Source of the DNA: Gammaproteobacteria bacterium
GTDB lineage: Bacteria; Pseudomonadota; Gammaproteobacteria; Eutrophobiales; Eutrophobiaceae
Length of the DNA stretch: 64,000 bases
Direction of reading: 5' to 3'
Assembly (NCBI GenBank): GCA_965198875.1
Contig: CBDAPU010000001.1
Span: 131,146 to 195,145 of the forward strand
Shown: in pieces, positions 1 through 9,710 of the stretch
Layout of the letters: every line of letters begins with the position of its first letter
How positions within the stretch are numbered: position 1 is the first letter of the stretch
Position numbers and translations under genes: made by a program
Notes under the pieces: model-generated
Told to the model about the DNA's origin: nothing
The model's database searches: none
What the model saw: the letters and a program-made list of their open reading frames with translations, nothing else

Positions 1-152
1 TCAAACAGACCGGCCAGTGAGCGTGTGTGCAGGTGTTCGTCCTTTATGCCCTGATATTGCACCGGCATGTCATAGCCGGCAAACGCCACCATGCGCGCCT
101 GGTGTGCCTGATGTAAAGCATAAAGTGGTGTTTTCTTGAGCATCTTCTGCAT
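1..152 (-). CDS. GcvT-family aminomethyltransferase (glycine cleavage T-protein fold), N-terminal ~50 aa only; the rest lies beyond the window edge
   Basis: Reverse-complement translation from the ATG at 150-152 gives [51 protein letters not shown]. This matches the conserved GcvT N-terminus (TPLY..H...GA.MV.F.G..MP..Y....EH...R..AG.FD). It could equally be a THF-dependent demethylase of the same family. Confidence 0.6.
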   Translation of the reverse strand, partial: MQKMLKKTPLYALHQAHQARMVAFAGYDMPVQYQGIKDEHLHTRSLAGLF

Positions 153-318
153 TATTGCGCTTTGCTGGCTACACCGCAAAAGTACCCATAAGGATGGTGC
201 AAAAATACCAGCAATGCAACTGCACTGCTGATATAGACAGACTGATTAAAGACAGAGCCTTAATAAAGGGATATGGCGTGCATACATCCTGATCTAAACC
301 GATAGATGAAGCCACAGA

Positions 319-1335
319 TCAGCCAACCCACTGAGGGGCCGAGGGCTTATCGCCTCCACGGACAACATAGGCGATGGCATCGTCATTGCCCGTATTCTCT
401 ATGGTGCGAGCCAGTCTCTTTGGGATGGTGAGCACATCTCCCTGGTTCAAGACCACCTGGCCATCCTGCCAGTTGACGGTGAGGCCGCCTGCAAACAGGT
501 ATATCACCTCCTCTTCCAGGCGGTGATGCTGCTTGATCATCTCCCCCGGCGGGATGTGCAAGCGCCGCAGATGGAACCCATGTGGCCAGGCCATTTTCCC
601 GGCAGGGATATTCTCAGCCGGATTGGCGGCGCCAATGACGGGAACCTCCTCAATCTCTGTGCCCTCGACTAATAAAGACCTTGCAACGGAGCGCTCCTTA
701 AAAGCACAGACGCAATCCAGCATTTCCGCTTTCGTCATGTTGTGCATGTTTTCGATTTGCGCCTCAGTGGTCACTGGCATGGGCGATATGCCATCGGGGA
801 TCATCTCGCCTTTGCCGCTATCAATCAGTCGGCCATCCTCCAGCAAGATCAGCCCGTATTCCCTGGCCATCTCAAACACCACCGGCGCCCAGGTCACCCG
901 CCCCGGATCATCACCGCCCAATACTGAGCACATATAGCCTGTTTCCGTGCCTACATTTTCAAAACCGCGAAAGAGGTTTGTGGGTATGGAGATCACATCC
1001 CCCGGGCCGATGATGACTTCACCTTCATCGGCGTCCACCCCCCAGCGAAACGCCCACTGGCTGCTCTGGACGATAAAGACTTCCGCAGTCAAGTGGCTAT
1101 GCTGGGAATTGATCGAATGGGGTTGCTGGCGCACACCGCCGATATTGAAACCATGGGGGATATGGATATGCACATGTTGCTCCGGGTTCTCGGCGACACC
1201 CGGGCCGATGATGGTGAAATTCTCTTTTTGGTTGCCGGGCGTTTTGGTATCAATAAAGGCCGTTGTGCAGGGGATCAGATCCCGATAACGGACCAGGCGT
1301 CTTTGCATTTCCTCCGGGCTGATGTTGATGCTCAT
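319..1335 (-). CDS. bicupin (two cupin barrel domains) protein of unknown specificity
   Basis: 338-aa ORF. Two cupin-like segments (HRLEEEVIYLFAGGLTVNWQDGQVVLNQGDVLTIP, and HVHIHIPHGFNIGG...GEVIIGPGDVISIP). Transcribed divergently from the SSF transporter across a shared regulatory region. Confidence 0.6.
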   Translation of the reverse strand: MSINISPEEMQRRLVRYRDLIPCTTAFIDTKTPGNQKENFTIIGPGVAENPEQHVHIHIPHGFNIGGVRQQPHSINSQHSHLTAEVFIVQSSQWAFRWGVDADEGEVIIGPGDVISIPTNLFRGFENVGTETGYMCSVLGGDDPGRVTWAPVVFEMAREYGLILLEDGRLIDSGKGEMIPDGISPMPVTTEAQIENMHNMTKAEMLDCVCAFKERSVARSLLVEGTEIEEVPVIGAANPAENIPAGKMAWPHGFHLRRLHIPPGEMIKQHHRLEEEVIYLFAGGLTVNWQDGQVVLNQGDVLTIPKRLARTIENTGNDDAIAYVVRGGDKPSAPQWVG

Positions 1336-1357
1336 CCGCTTGGTGCCTCTTAGGCAG

Positions 1358-1371
1358 TTTCCTGTTGTGCA
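1358..1371 (+). promoter_or_regulatory. variant copy of shared element 2 (TTTCCTGTtGTGCA)
   Basis: Resembles TTTCCTGTGGTACA at 14676 and 15024 and its reverse-complement copy at 6792. Lies in the bicupin/SSF divergent intergenic region. Confidence 0.3.
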
Positions 1372-1390
1372 TTAAAGATAAATAAAAATT

Positions 1391-1404
1391 TACTTCGAAT
1401 GCAA
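1391..1404 (-). promoter_or_regulatory. shared 14-bp cis element TTGCATTCGAAGTA (plus strand reads TACTTCGAATGCAA), oriented toward the bicupin gene
   Basis: Exact 14-mer also found at 1554, 6854, 14965, 21982 and 22906, always 60-140 bp upstream of a gene start and in the gene's orientation. A second GAATGCAA half copy follows 11 bp away at 1408-1415. Confidence 0.5.
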
Positions 1405-1553
1405 AATGAATGCAATATATCCATCGCATCTTCAAGGGATAAGGCGATCTTGGCGTGCGTTTCGCCGTGTTTTGTCTTGCCTTTTAGAGCAATAATCCGA
1501 GTTAGTCCGAGTTTTCGCGCGCATAATAATTAAAGAGAAGGCTTGCGCAATGG

Positions 1554-1567
1554 TTGCATTCGAAGTA
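1554..1567 (+). promoter_or_regulatory. shared 14-bp cis element TTGCATTCGAAGTA upstream of the SSF transporter operon
   Basis: Exact 14-mer. A TTGCGCAA half-site-like copy sits 11 bp upstream at 1543-1550. The element is followed by a TAnAnT -10-like hexamer (TACATA). Confidence 0.5.
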
Positions 1568-1692
1568 CATATTATACATCATTGAAACTTAAAAAGATCC
1601 CGCAGAGAAATACGCAAGAAAGACCGAAACAGGCTGGATGGGATAACGTGATCAGCGGCTAAAATGATGTTGAGATTATCAAGACTTAAGGG

Positions 1693-3306
1693 ATGGCGAT
1701 GGCTGAGTTTGGCACACTGAACTGGTTTATTCTGATCCTCTATATCATCGCCAATCTGGTGCTGGGCTACTACCTCGGCAAGAAGATCAATACCGCCGAG
1801 GATTTTTATATCGGCAGAAAAACCACGCCCTGGTGGGCCATCGGGATCTCCGTCATCGCCACTTATGTCAGTGCGCTCACCTTTCTCGGCGCACCGGCCT
1901 GGTCTTATACCGAGGGCCTGTCCGTCATTGCCATTCACCTTAACTACCCGATCGTGATTTTTGTGGTGATCACCTTGTTCTTTCCGTTTTTCTATAACAG
2001 TGGCGTGGCCTCGATTTATGAGTATATTGAAAGGCGTTTTGGCATGAAGGCGCGCGGGCTTATCTCCTGTATATGGATGCTGTCCCAGACCCTGACCTCA
2101 GGCGCTATTCTGTATGCGACCTCGCTGGTGCTCTCTTTTATCACTGGTATTGATGTTATTCACGCTATTTTCATCGTCACCATCATCGCCCTGATTTATA
2201 CGGCGCTGGGCGGCATTACGGCGGTGATCTGGACGGACGTCATACAGTCCGGCGTGCTGTTTATTGGTGCGATCATCATCGTCTATGCCTTACTGACGCA
2301 AATGTCGCTACCGCTGCACGAGACATTGTTGCAACTGAAAGCAGAGGGGAAAACCAACCCGCTGAATTTCTCCCTTGACCTCTCCGAGGTGACGACCATC
2401 TGGTCCGGCATTATCGCCATGACGATTTTTCATATTAACGTCTACGGCACCAACCAGATGATGGTGCAACGGACGCTGGCGTCAAAAAACATGGGTGACG
2501 CCAAAAAATCCTACATGCTCATGGGCTATCTGGCTTTTTTCATTTACTTCTTCTTTATCCTGCTGGGCGTGCTTTTTTACAGTTACTACGGCGGGCGGCA
2601 GTTTGAAAACGGCAACACCATCATCCTGCAATTTGCAGCGGACTACGGCCTGCCGGGTCTGATGGGGATCATTGCCGCGGCGGTCATGGCCGCCTCCATG
2701 TCCAGCATGGACTCCGCCTTTAATTCTCTGTCCACCGTGGCGACTGTGGATTTCTATCAAAAGTATTTCAGGAAAGACGCCAGCCCACAGCATTATCTTG
2801 TGGTTAGCCGGGTCTTGACGGTGGTCTTTGCCGTTTTGATTATCGTTCCGGCCATTTTGTATTCCAGAAGTGAAGGCTCCGTGCTGGAGGTATTAAGTAA
2901 AGTGGGTTCATTCTTTGTCGGCGCCCAGTTGGGGATGTACGTCCTCGGCTTCTTCTCCAAACAGGCCACGGAAAAAGGTCTGCTGGTGGGCACGGCGGCG
3001 GCCTTTATGGCTGTGGCCTGGGTCGCCACGGATACCGATGTGGCCTGGCCCTGGTATTGCGCTATCGGCGTCATCGTCAGTGTCATCGTCACCCTCATCG
3101 CCAGTTATCTCATTGACGGCGTGCAGATGGAATACTCCGATTACACCATCAAAGGCCAGATCGCCCGATTCAAAAACGAAGGTCTGGATGAAAAAGAAGG
3201 CGGCTGGTATCTGGTGCCCGGCAAGATAGACAAAAGCAGTTATCTTTTGCTGCTCTTCTTTGCATTGGTCATCGCCTTTCTGTTCGCCTTTGAAAAGTTC
3301 ATATAA
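1693..3306 (+). CDS. sodium:solute symporter (SSF/SSS family) transporter
   Basis: 537 aa, multi-TM. Conserved SSF N-terminal region (PWWAIGISVIATYVSALTFLGAPAWSYTEGL). Paralog of 10295-11908, roughly 60-65% identical by eye. Confidence 0.85.
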   Translation: MAMAEFGTLNWFILILYIIANLVLGYYLGKKINTAEDFYIGRKTTPWWAIGISVIATYVSALTFLGAPAWSYTEGLSVIAIHLNYPIVIFVVITLFFPFFYNSGVASIYEYIERRFGMKARGLISCIWMLSQTLTSGAILYATSLVLSFITGIDVIHAIFIVTIIALIYTALGGITAVIWTDVIQSGVLFIGAIIIVYALLTQMSLPLHETLLQLKAEGKTNPLNFSLDLSEVTTIWSGIIAMTIFHINVYGTNQMMVQRTLASKNMGDAKKSYMLMGYLAFFIYFFFILLGVLFYSYYGGRQFENGNTIILQFAADYGLPGLMGIIAAAVMAASMSSMDSAFNSLSTVATVDFYQKYFRKDASPQHYLVVSRVLTVVFAVLIIVPAILYSRSEGSVLEVLSKVGSFFVGAQLGMYVLGFFSKQATEKGLLVGTAAAFMAVAWVATDTDVAWPWYCAIGVIVSVIVTLIASYLIDGVQMEYSDYTIKGQIARFKNEGLDEKEGGWYLVPGKIDKSSYLLLLFFALVIAFLFAFEKFI

Positions 3307-3369
3307 GATCCCGTTTGCGGGCGGTCTTTTGATCTATAAAAATACTGCATCTTTGCCGGATATAACCCA

Positions 3370-4389
3370 TTGACCATGACGTCCACCACCCTCAGAAACA
3401 AAAAGCAGATCAAGACCTGGCTTAATAATATCGCCCATGCCTCCAGGGCTGATCTGACACAACACCTGCAAGCCGCTTACCATGAAGACGTCCACTGGCG
3501 GGGATCACATCCCCTAAATGAAGTGCATGGTCTTGATGCGCTGGAGAAAACCGTATGGGCGCCCTTGCTAGAGGCCTTCCCGGATCTGGAACGGCGAGAC
3601 AATATCATCATCGGCGGTGCTTACGAAGGGCGTGATTATGTCGCTACAGTCGGTCACTATGTGGGCCGGTTTGAGCAGGACTGGCTGGGCATACCGGCGA
3701 CAGGCGGCGTGATCTATCTTCGCTATGGTGAATTTCATCAGCTCATGGATGAGAAGATCATTCAGAGCACTGTGCTGATCGATGTGCTGGATGTGATTCG
3801 GCAAGCCGGGATCTGGCCCTTGCCTCCGGCCCTGGGGAGCCCGGAGATGTGGCCGGCGCCGCTTGGCGTCGATGGCATTTTGCTGAGTGAACAAGATGAG
3901 CGGGAGTCGGCCGCCAGTCTGAGGCTGACCTGCGATATGCAAGCGTCCTTACATAACACCATAACAGAGCGGGAAGCCTTGCTCAGTATGTCGCAGGTGA
4001 ACTACTGGGATCCGAAAATGATGTGGTACGGTCCCTGTGGGATCGGCACAGGGCGGGGCCTTGAGGGGTTTGTGGACTGCCATCAAAGACCCTTTAGAGT
4101 GGCATTTGTGCAGCGCAAGTACGGTGGTCATTACGCCAGGATTGGGGATGGTAAATACTCGGCCACAGGCGGCTGGCCAAGTGTGGTGGCGAGACATGAA
4201 GGCGATGGCTGGCTGGGGATGCAGGCGACGGGGCGTGAGATCAACATGCGGGTGATGGATTTTTACTGCAGTGATCAGGGAATGATACGGGAGAACTGGG
4301 TGCCGATCGACATCATCGATATATTGTTGCAAATGGATGTGGATATTATGGCGCAGCTCAGGGAGCGACCCGCCGGGTACTCCACATAG
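3370..4389 (+). CDS. tandem NTF2/SnoaL-like (predicted ester cyclase-like, COG5485-type) protein, paralog 1
   Basis: 339 aa. Two repeats each ending in a G(I/V)PATG...ENW...D...LL.Q(M/L)G signature typical of SnoaL-like predicted ester cyclases. 64 bp downstream of the SSF gene, likely the same operon. Confidence 0.7.
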   Translation: MTMTSTTLRNKKQIKTWLNNIAHASRADLTQHLQAAYHEDVHWRGSHPLNEVHGLDALEKTVWAPLLEAFPDLERRDNIIIGGAYEGRDYVATVGHYVGRFEQDWLGIPATGGVIYLRYGEFHQLMDEKIIQSTVLIDVLDVIRQAGIWPLPPALGSPEMWPAPLGVDGILLSEQDERESAASLRLTCDMQASLHNTITEREALLSMSQVNYWDPKMMWYGPCGIGTGRGLEGFVDCHQRPFRVAFVQRKYGGHYARIGDGKYSATGGWPSVVARHEGDGWLGMQATGREINMRVMDFYCSDQGMIRENWVPIDIIDILLQMDVDIMAQLRERPAGYST

Positions 4390-4473
4390 CGGCAGGCTGA
4401 TGCGGATCTATCCGTTCACTGGATTTTACTATCACCACCCTGATGGCAACAGGACATAAAGCCGCCGCTGGAC

Positions 4474-5460
4474 ATGGAAAAAAACATGCGCAGTAAAACG
4501 ATCGTCAGTCAGTTTTATCATGCCCTCTGTGATGATGATGAGAGCAGCGCACTCAATCATCTCAGTGCTGAGGTGAGATGGTGTGCCGCACACCCCGTCA
4601 ATGATCGGCAGGGGCATGAGCAGTTTTTGACGGATTATTGGCGACCGATAAAAACAGCGCTCCCCGACATCGAATACAAGCCTTTTATCATGCTGGCCGG
4701 CGAATACGAAGGGCGACAGTGGGTGGATAGTACCGGCTATTTCATCGGCACCTTCACCCAGCCCCTGTTCGATATACCGCCCACAGGTAAAACACTTTAT
4801 CTGCGCTTTGCTGAAATGGCATGTATTGAACACAACCGGATCACTGAATGCTACATCATCCCTGACTTTCTTGACGCCATGCACCAGGCCGGGGTCAATC
4901 CCGTCCGCCCCGCTTTGGGCCATGATGGCCTGATCATGCCGCCCTCCAGCATGGACGGGCTACATCCTGATCATGCCACGGCAGAGCAAAGTGAGAAAAG
5001 CCTGCGGCTCGTCAAGGCGATGCTGGCCGGTCTCGCCCGCTATGACGGCAAGTCACTGCTCAGCATGCAGCAGGAGAAATTCTGGCGCCCGCATTTTATG
5101 TGGTATGGCCCGGCGGGGGTGGGCGCCACCCGTGGCTTGCAGGGCTTTCGGGAGCATCACCAGGGGCCATTCCTGGCCGCTTTCCCGGACCGCTCTGTCG
5201 ATGGCTACCTGAATTATGTCGCCGAGGGTAATTATGTCGCTACCGGCGGCTGGCCACACATGTCGGCAAGGCACACAGGCGATGGCTGGCTGGGCCTGCC
5301 GGCGTCAAACAAGGCATTAACCCTGCGGGTGATGGACTTCTGGCGCTGTGAGGGCGAGCGCTTATGCGAGAACTGGGTCAGTATCGATATGACTCACCTG
5401 TTGAGACAAATGGGGCACGATGTGTTTCAACCACTACGTGACGGGCAGGTGCCTAGCTAA
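4474..5460 (+). CDS. tandem NTF2/SnoaL-like protein, paralog 2
   Basis: 328 aa. Same two-domain architecture (…IPPTGKTLYLRFAEM…; …GLPASNKALTLRVMDFWRCEGERLCENWVSIDMTHLLRQMG). Confidence 0.7.
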   Translation: MEKNMRSKTIVSQFYHALCDDDESSALNHLSAEVRWCAAHPVNDRQGHEQFLTDYWRPIKTALPDIEYKPFIMLAGEYEGRQWVDSTGYFIGTFTQPLFDIPPTGKTLYLRFAEMACIEHNRITECYIIPDFLDAMHQAGVNPVRPALGHDGLIMPPSSMDGLHPDHATAEQSEKSLRLVKAMLAGLARYDGKSLLSMQQEKFWRPHFMWYGPAGVGATRGLQGFREHHQGPFLAAFPDRSVDGYLNYVAEGNYVATGGWPHMSARHTGDGWLGLPASNKALTLRVMDFWRCEGERLCENWVSIDMTHLLRQMGHDVFQPLRDGQVPS

Positions 5461-5482
5461 TACTGGTTTAAGAGAGACAGAC

Positions 5483-6469
5483 ATGCAAGGTTTTGATGCG
5501 GAGTTTATTGATTATGAGCATTATATCTTATCGATCACTGATCGGATCTGGAAAGACAAAAATATCGGCGCCATCTCCCGTTACTACAGCAGGGACGCCG
5601 TGATCCATACCCTGGGCGGCCCCATCAATGGCAGCGAGGCGGTGATGAACGGCACCATAAAAACACTGGCGGCCTTTCCAGACAGGTTGCTCAATGCCGA
5701 GGCGGTGATCTGCACGGGCAATGATGAAGCGGGTTATTACTCCTCCCATCGTATCATCAGTCCTGACATGACCAACCTGGGGCACAGCGAATTCGGCCCG
5801 CCCACCGGCAAGCAGGCAACCGTTCGCACCATTGCCGATTGTTTAGCGAAAGAAAATCAGATCCATGAAGAATGGCTGATGCGTGATAATCTGGCGTTGG
5901 TGCAACAACTGGGTTTTGAGCCACATGAAGTGGCGCAAAAACTGGCGGCGGAAAATCAAAATAACCAACCACTGCATGACTGGCTGGCGGCGGAAATTGA
6001 GCGCATCGCCACCCAGCCCCCTGTGCCACTGTCCGCCAACATAGCGGATCTGAAAACCGACTGGACCGCCTATGCCCGGCACCTCTGCACTGGGCTCTGG
6101 CAAAAGCGGGACGTCTCTGTGATTGACAAGCTCTATGCGCCCGAGGCGGCTGTGCATGCCCCCGCTGGTCGGGAAATGACCGGGCATGGGCAGATCAAGG
6201 CCAGTGTCAGTGAGCTTCTGTCAACCCTGTCGGACACACGGATCAGCGTTGATCATGTCTGCTCGGCCCAGCACAATGATGAGGAAACCGACCTCGCCCT
6301 GCGCTGGGTGTTGACCGGCAGGCATGACAACGACGGCATCTATGGCGCCGCTTCACATAAAACCCTCCTGTACCTTATCGCCACACATCTGCATATCCAT
6401 CAGGGGATCATCACAGAGGAATGGACGGTCTTTGATGAGCTGGCCGTGTTGCAACAAATTTACCATTAA
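5483..6469 (+). CDS. tandem NTF2/SnoaL-like protein, subtype B (paralog of 13457-14614)
   Basis: ORF track gives 5420-6469. The ATG at 5483 (MQGFDAEFIDYEHY) sits just after the previous stop. The N-terminus aligns with 13457-14614 (DYEHYILSITDRIWKDKNIGAISRYYS vs NIIDYIVRITFKIWEERDVEYIGNTYS) and the C-terminus matches as well (ITEEWTVFDELAVLQQI vs IVKEWMLFNELDVMMQI). Confidence 0.65.
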   Translation: MQGFDAEFIDYEHYILSITDRIWKDKNIGAISRYYSRDAVIHTLGGPINGSEAVMNGTIKTLAAFPDRLLNAEAVICTGNDEAGYYSSHRIISPDMTNLGHSEFGPPTGKQATVRTIADCLAKENQIHEEWLMRDNLALVQQLGFEPHEVAQKLAAENQNNQPLHDWLAAEIERIATQPPVPLSANIADLKTDWTAYARHLCTGLWQKRDVSVIDKLYAPEAAVHAPAGREMTGHGQIKASVSELLSTLSDTRISVDHVCSAQHNDEETDLALRWVLTGRHDNDGIYGAASHKTLLYLIATHLHIHQGIITEEWTVFDELAVLQQIYH

Positions 6470-6791
6470 CCCAGCTCGGCTTTCAGGTGAGTTATTTTTC
6501 GTCCATCTTTACGCCCTCTCTTCAAAAAATCCTGCTGGCGTTTGCCCTCATTGATTATTCCGGCATCCGACTAACCTAGCCTATCCCGGTGGAAAACGCT
6601 CCAATAAGGTTTCGAATGTAAGACTTAAAACTTGAGTTACTTGCTATGTGATGTGAAGGAATTATTAAGGAGCCTTTAGAATAAATCGGCCCGTAATCTG
6701 TCAGAGGATACAAACCTAAAAATGCAATTTTATTTTTATAATAAAACCAATAATTTTAAGAGATATTTTTCTTGACGGCGCATCCCTGCAC

Positions 6792-6802
6792 ACCACAGGA
6801 AA
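6792..6802 (-). promoter_or_regulatory. shared element 2 (TTTCCTGTGGT), reverse-complement copy
   Basis: Plus strand reads ACCACAGGAAA, about 130 bp upstream of the TonB-dependent receptor start. Confidence 0.3.
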
Positions 6803-6853
6803 CTCCGATTAAACCAGAGCTTGCCTTAAAATCAGGCAAAACCCGGGTATTGC

Positions 6854-6867
6854 TTGCATTCGAAGTA
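6854..6867 (+). promoter_or_regulatory. shared 14-bp cis element TTGCATTCGAAGTA upstream of the disrupted TonB-dependent receptor
   Basis: Exact 14-mer. The flanks (atTGCTTGCATTCGAAGTAtATTTTATG) are nearly identical to the element upstream of the paralogous receptor at 22906. Confidence 0.55.
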
Positions 6868-6928
6868 TATTTTATGTGAGGATGTGCGCTATTCAAACTC
6901 AACAAACATGCAGGAGCCAGTGCTGAAA

Positions 6929-9325
6929 ATGACTACTTACCTTACCCCCCCCCCCCCCCCCCCCCCAAGTTTTATCATTGCTACGGCTGTTTACTCTCTC
7001 CCTGTGCGCTGTGGTCGGTATATCCGCCTATGCCGCTACTGTACTTGAGGAAGTGACCGTCACCGCACAGAAACGTGAACAAAGCCTGCAGGATGTGTCT
7101 GTTTCGGTAACCGCTGTAGACGGCGACATGCTCACCGACAAGGGGATTGTAGACGTCAGTCGGCTCGATGTGCTGGTTCCCGGTTTGATATTTCAACAGG
7201 CGGGTAACGATGTAAAATTTACTATGCGTGGCGCTCGCACCGGCCAGGTTGAGGCAAATGATGTATCAGTCGCCTTTTACACTGACGGTATTTATAGACC
7301 TCGCCATGGTCAGGCGCTGTCCGGGTTTATCGATGTTGAGCGAGTCGAGGTGCTACGTGGTCCGCAGGGCACCTTATTTGGTCGTAACTCCTATGGCGGC
7401 GCATCAACGTGATCAGTAAAAAGCCTTCCACCGAAGAAATCGACTATGGCGCAGCTTTCACTGTAGGTGACTATGAGCATTTACGCGGTGAGGGTTTTGT
7501 CAATATTCCTTTTAGCGATAAAGCGGCGCTTCGTGTGACCGGTGCTCGGGAAACCCGCGATCCCTATGTTGAAAATACCCTGATAGGTGATAGTGGTGGG
7601 CTTAAAGATGCCGATAACTGGTATGTACGGGGTCAATTCTCATTTGAATTTAGTGAAGACCTGAGTGTCTTACTTCGCGCCGAGCATTGGCAAGATGACG
7701 CCAATGGTAATGCCAGTTTTGGATATAAAGTACTTGGAGTGCCCATTAATTTAGCCACCGGTTTAACCAATGGGGTGAGCGGTACACTTCGAAATCGTAT
7801 TGGTCGGAGTGATGAATGTACAGGTACCTGTGGTCGAGCGGGAGCGGGTTTCGACTTTACCGCAACTCCAGGCCTGGATACTGCTCAGCCTACAAATTCC
7901 GACCCTTTCGAAATAGCACGCGATTTTGAGCCTCAGCGTGACATCAAAGAAGATACCCTGGCGGCGGAAATTAACTGGCGTGGTCTTGGTTTTGCCGACG
8001 TAAAAATCAATGTGTCCTATATGGATTATTCTGAATTACGACTCGGTGACACTGACTTGTCCGGGTTTCCGTCAATTATCGCAGGTAATGATATCACCTC
8101 AGAAACGACTACACAGGAGATTCAACTAACTTCAAGTCACGATGGCCCCTTGCAGTGGGTTGCAGGTCTTTACTTTCTACAGGAAGACCTGACCAATGCG
8201 TTTTTATGGATGGACATCAGTACATTGGTGGACAACGCCCCGGACCCGGCCGCTGATCCGATTTATACCTGGGCATCATGGATGCGGCAAATACGTTTGG
8301 ATACGCGCTCGCATGCGGCTTATAGCCAGGGCACTTATTCCCTGCTGGATGAGCGAATGCGGATAATTGGCGGGATACGTTACACCTATGATAAACGTGG
8401 ATGGGATATCTTTGGCCCGGGCATGGGTAGTGCATTAGAAGGTGCATTTGCCGCCGATTTGTCTGCGCTGTCGTTTAACACACCCTCTCTTGAAAACAGT
8501 CGGCAGTCGTGGAACAAGATCACCTGGAAAGCCGGTATAGAATGGGACATTAACGATGATGCAATGATCTATTTTACAACATCAACCGGTTTTCTTTCCG
8601 GCAATGCCCAGGGGGCGTTCAATGGCGCTGGTAATTATGATGAGAGACTGGTTGACGCCTATGAACTTGGGCTTAAGAGCACCCTGCTTGACGGCGCTAT
8701 GAGGTTTAATCTCGCTGCCTACTACAATGATTATGCTGATCTATTGTCTACTTCCTTTGTCGATGTCGGCGGCACTACCCTGGCTTTTTCTGACAATGCC
8801 GGCGCAGCCCATGCTTTCGGTGTCGAGCTTGAAGTGGATTGGACGCCAATAGAGAGATTAAGTCTGGGGCTACGTGCCGCTTACACCAGTGCGGAATATG
8901 ATGAATTCATATTAACTAATGTCTTCGAGGAAGGTGGCAGTACTATCAATGGAGTTGCTAATCTGTTTTCCCTGGATGGCGCTGAAATAATCCAGTCTCC
9001 GGATATCACTGCTACCTTACTTGCCGCCTATGATTTTGATCTGGGTGATAAGGGGACATTGACGCCAAGCGTAGCGTTTTACTACTCTGATGATTATCGC
9101 AATGCAGACGCACCGTTTTTCTTCGGCGTACAAGAGAGCTTCACCAAAACGGATCTGGCATTAGGTTGGACTTCATTAAATGGCTACTGGAATGCACAAG
9201 CATACGTGCATAACCTGGAAGATGAGGAAATTATGCTTGATGCAACGCGCTTTGGCGGTAATGTCGCAATAGCAGATTTCGCCCCTCCGCGTACATTTGG
9301 CTTTCGAATGGGATATCGTTTCTGA
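6929..9325 (+). pseudogene. TonB-dependent receptor, disrupted by two frameshifts (poly-C tract near codon 7; 1-nt loss near 7405)
   Basis: The ATG at 6929 encodes MTTYLTPPPPPPP..., paralleling MITYLTPPPQVSLLPRLFTL of the intact paralog at 22983. The receptor frame resumes at 6978 (LLRLFTLSLCAVVGISAYA, plug domain), out of phase across the 22-C run. Second break: GGAST* at 7410, where the paralog and the downstream frame (ISKKPSTEE) imply GGAINVISKKPS. One missing C in gcgc(c)atc would restore it. The 7409-9325 frame carries the beta-barrel and C-terminal TonB box region. Confidence 0.7.
6945..6966 (+). repeat. homopolymeric poly-C tract, 22 nt, inside the 5' coding region of the TonB-dependent receptor
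   Basis: Directly counted: 22 consecutive C from 6945 to 6966. The paralog at 22983 has 10 C at the equivalent position, in frame (PPP). Confidence 0.9.
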
Positions 9326-9710
9326 ACTTCACAAAGTACGCTCTCAAAGCGGATCGTCGTCATAGCTTTGGCGCCACCGCATCATCCCAAGCCGTAACTG
9401 GTTTTCCAGTTGCGGCTTTATTTAGAGTTTTCTGTGATACAGCAGGCTGGCAAGTCCATCCCGGGCTTGCCAGAGGCCCGCTGAATACTCACGGTATCCT
9501 TTATGCTGGCTGAAAATATCAGAGAAGCGGTTGCGGAAGATGAATAAAGACTGTCTGAACTCCTTGCACAGCCTGTATCGACTTTACGGCGAAGAGGGGG
9601 TGAAAGAAATACTCAGCGAATTGTATGTGCAGTAGGGTGCTTATGAAACTTGGCGCCATAGCTTCTTTTATGGCGATGGGCGGTGCCTATGGGGTGCATA
9701 AACGAGAATT

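Noticed and set aside
1554-1559. TTGCAT within the shared 14-mer as a sigma70 -35 hexamer
   Set aside because: Spacing to the following TAnAnT hexamer is only ~6-10 bp, incompatible with a 16-18 bp spacer. The 14-mer more likely overlaps the spacer/-10 region, with a weak -35 further upstream.
1543-1567. Sigma54-type promoter (TGGCAC-N5-TTGCA) suggested by GGTTGCA
   Set aside because: There is no properly spaced GG -24 element: TGG lies only 1 nt before TTGCA. The pattern does not fit.
6945-6966. Poly-C tract as the seed of a CRISPR or other tandem repeat array
   Set aside because: It is a simple mononucleotide run inside a coding region. No spacer/repeat periodicity exists anywhere in the window.
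9326-9710. Possible further upstream part of the aceE remnant (small ORFs MNKDCLNSLHSLYRLYGEEGVKEILSELYVQ, LGAIASFMAMGGAYGVH…)
   Set aside because: No convincing by-eye alignment to AceE or anything else. Left unannotated.
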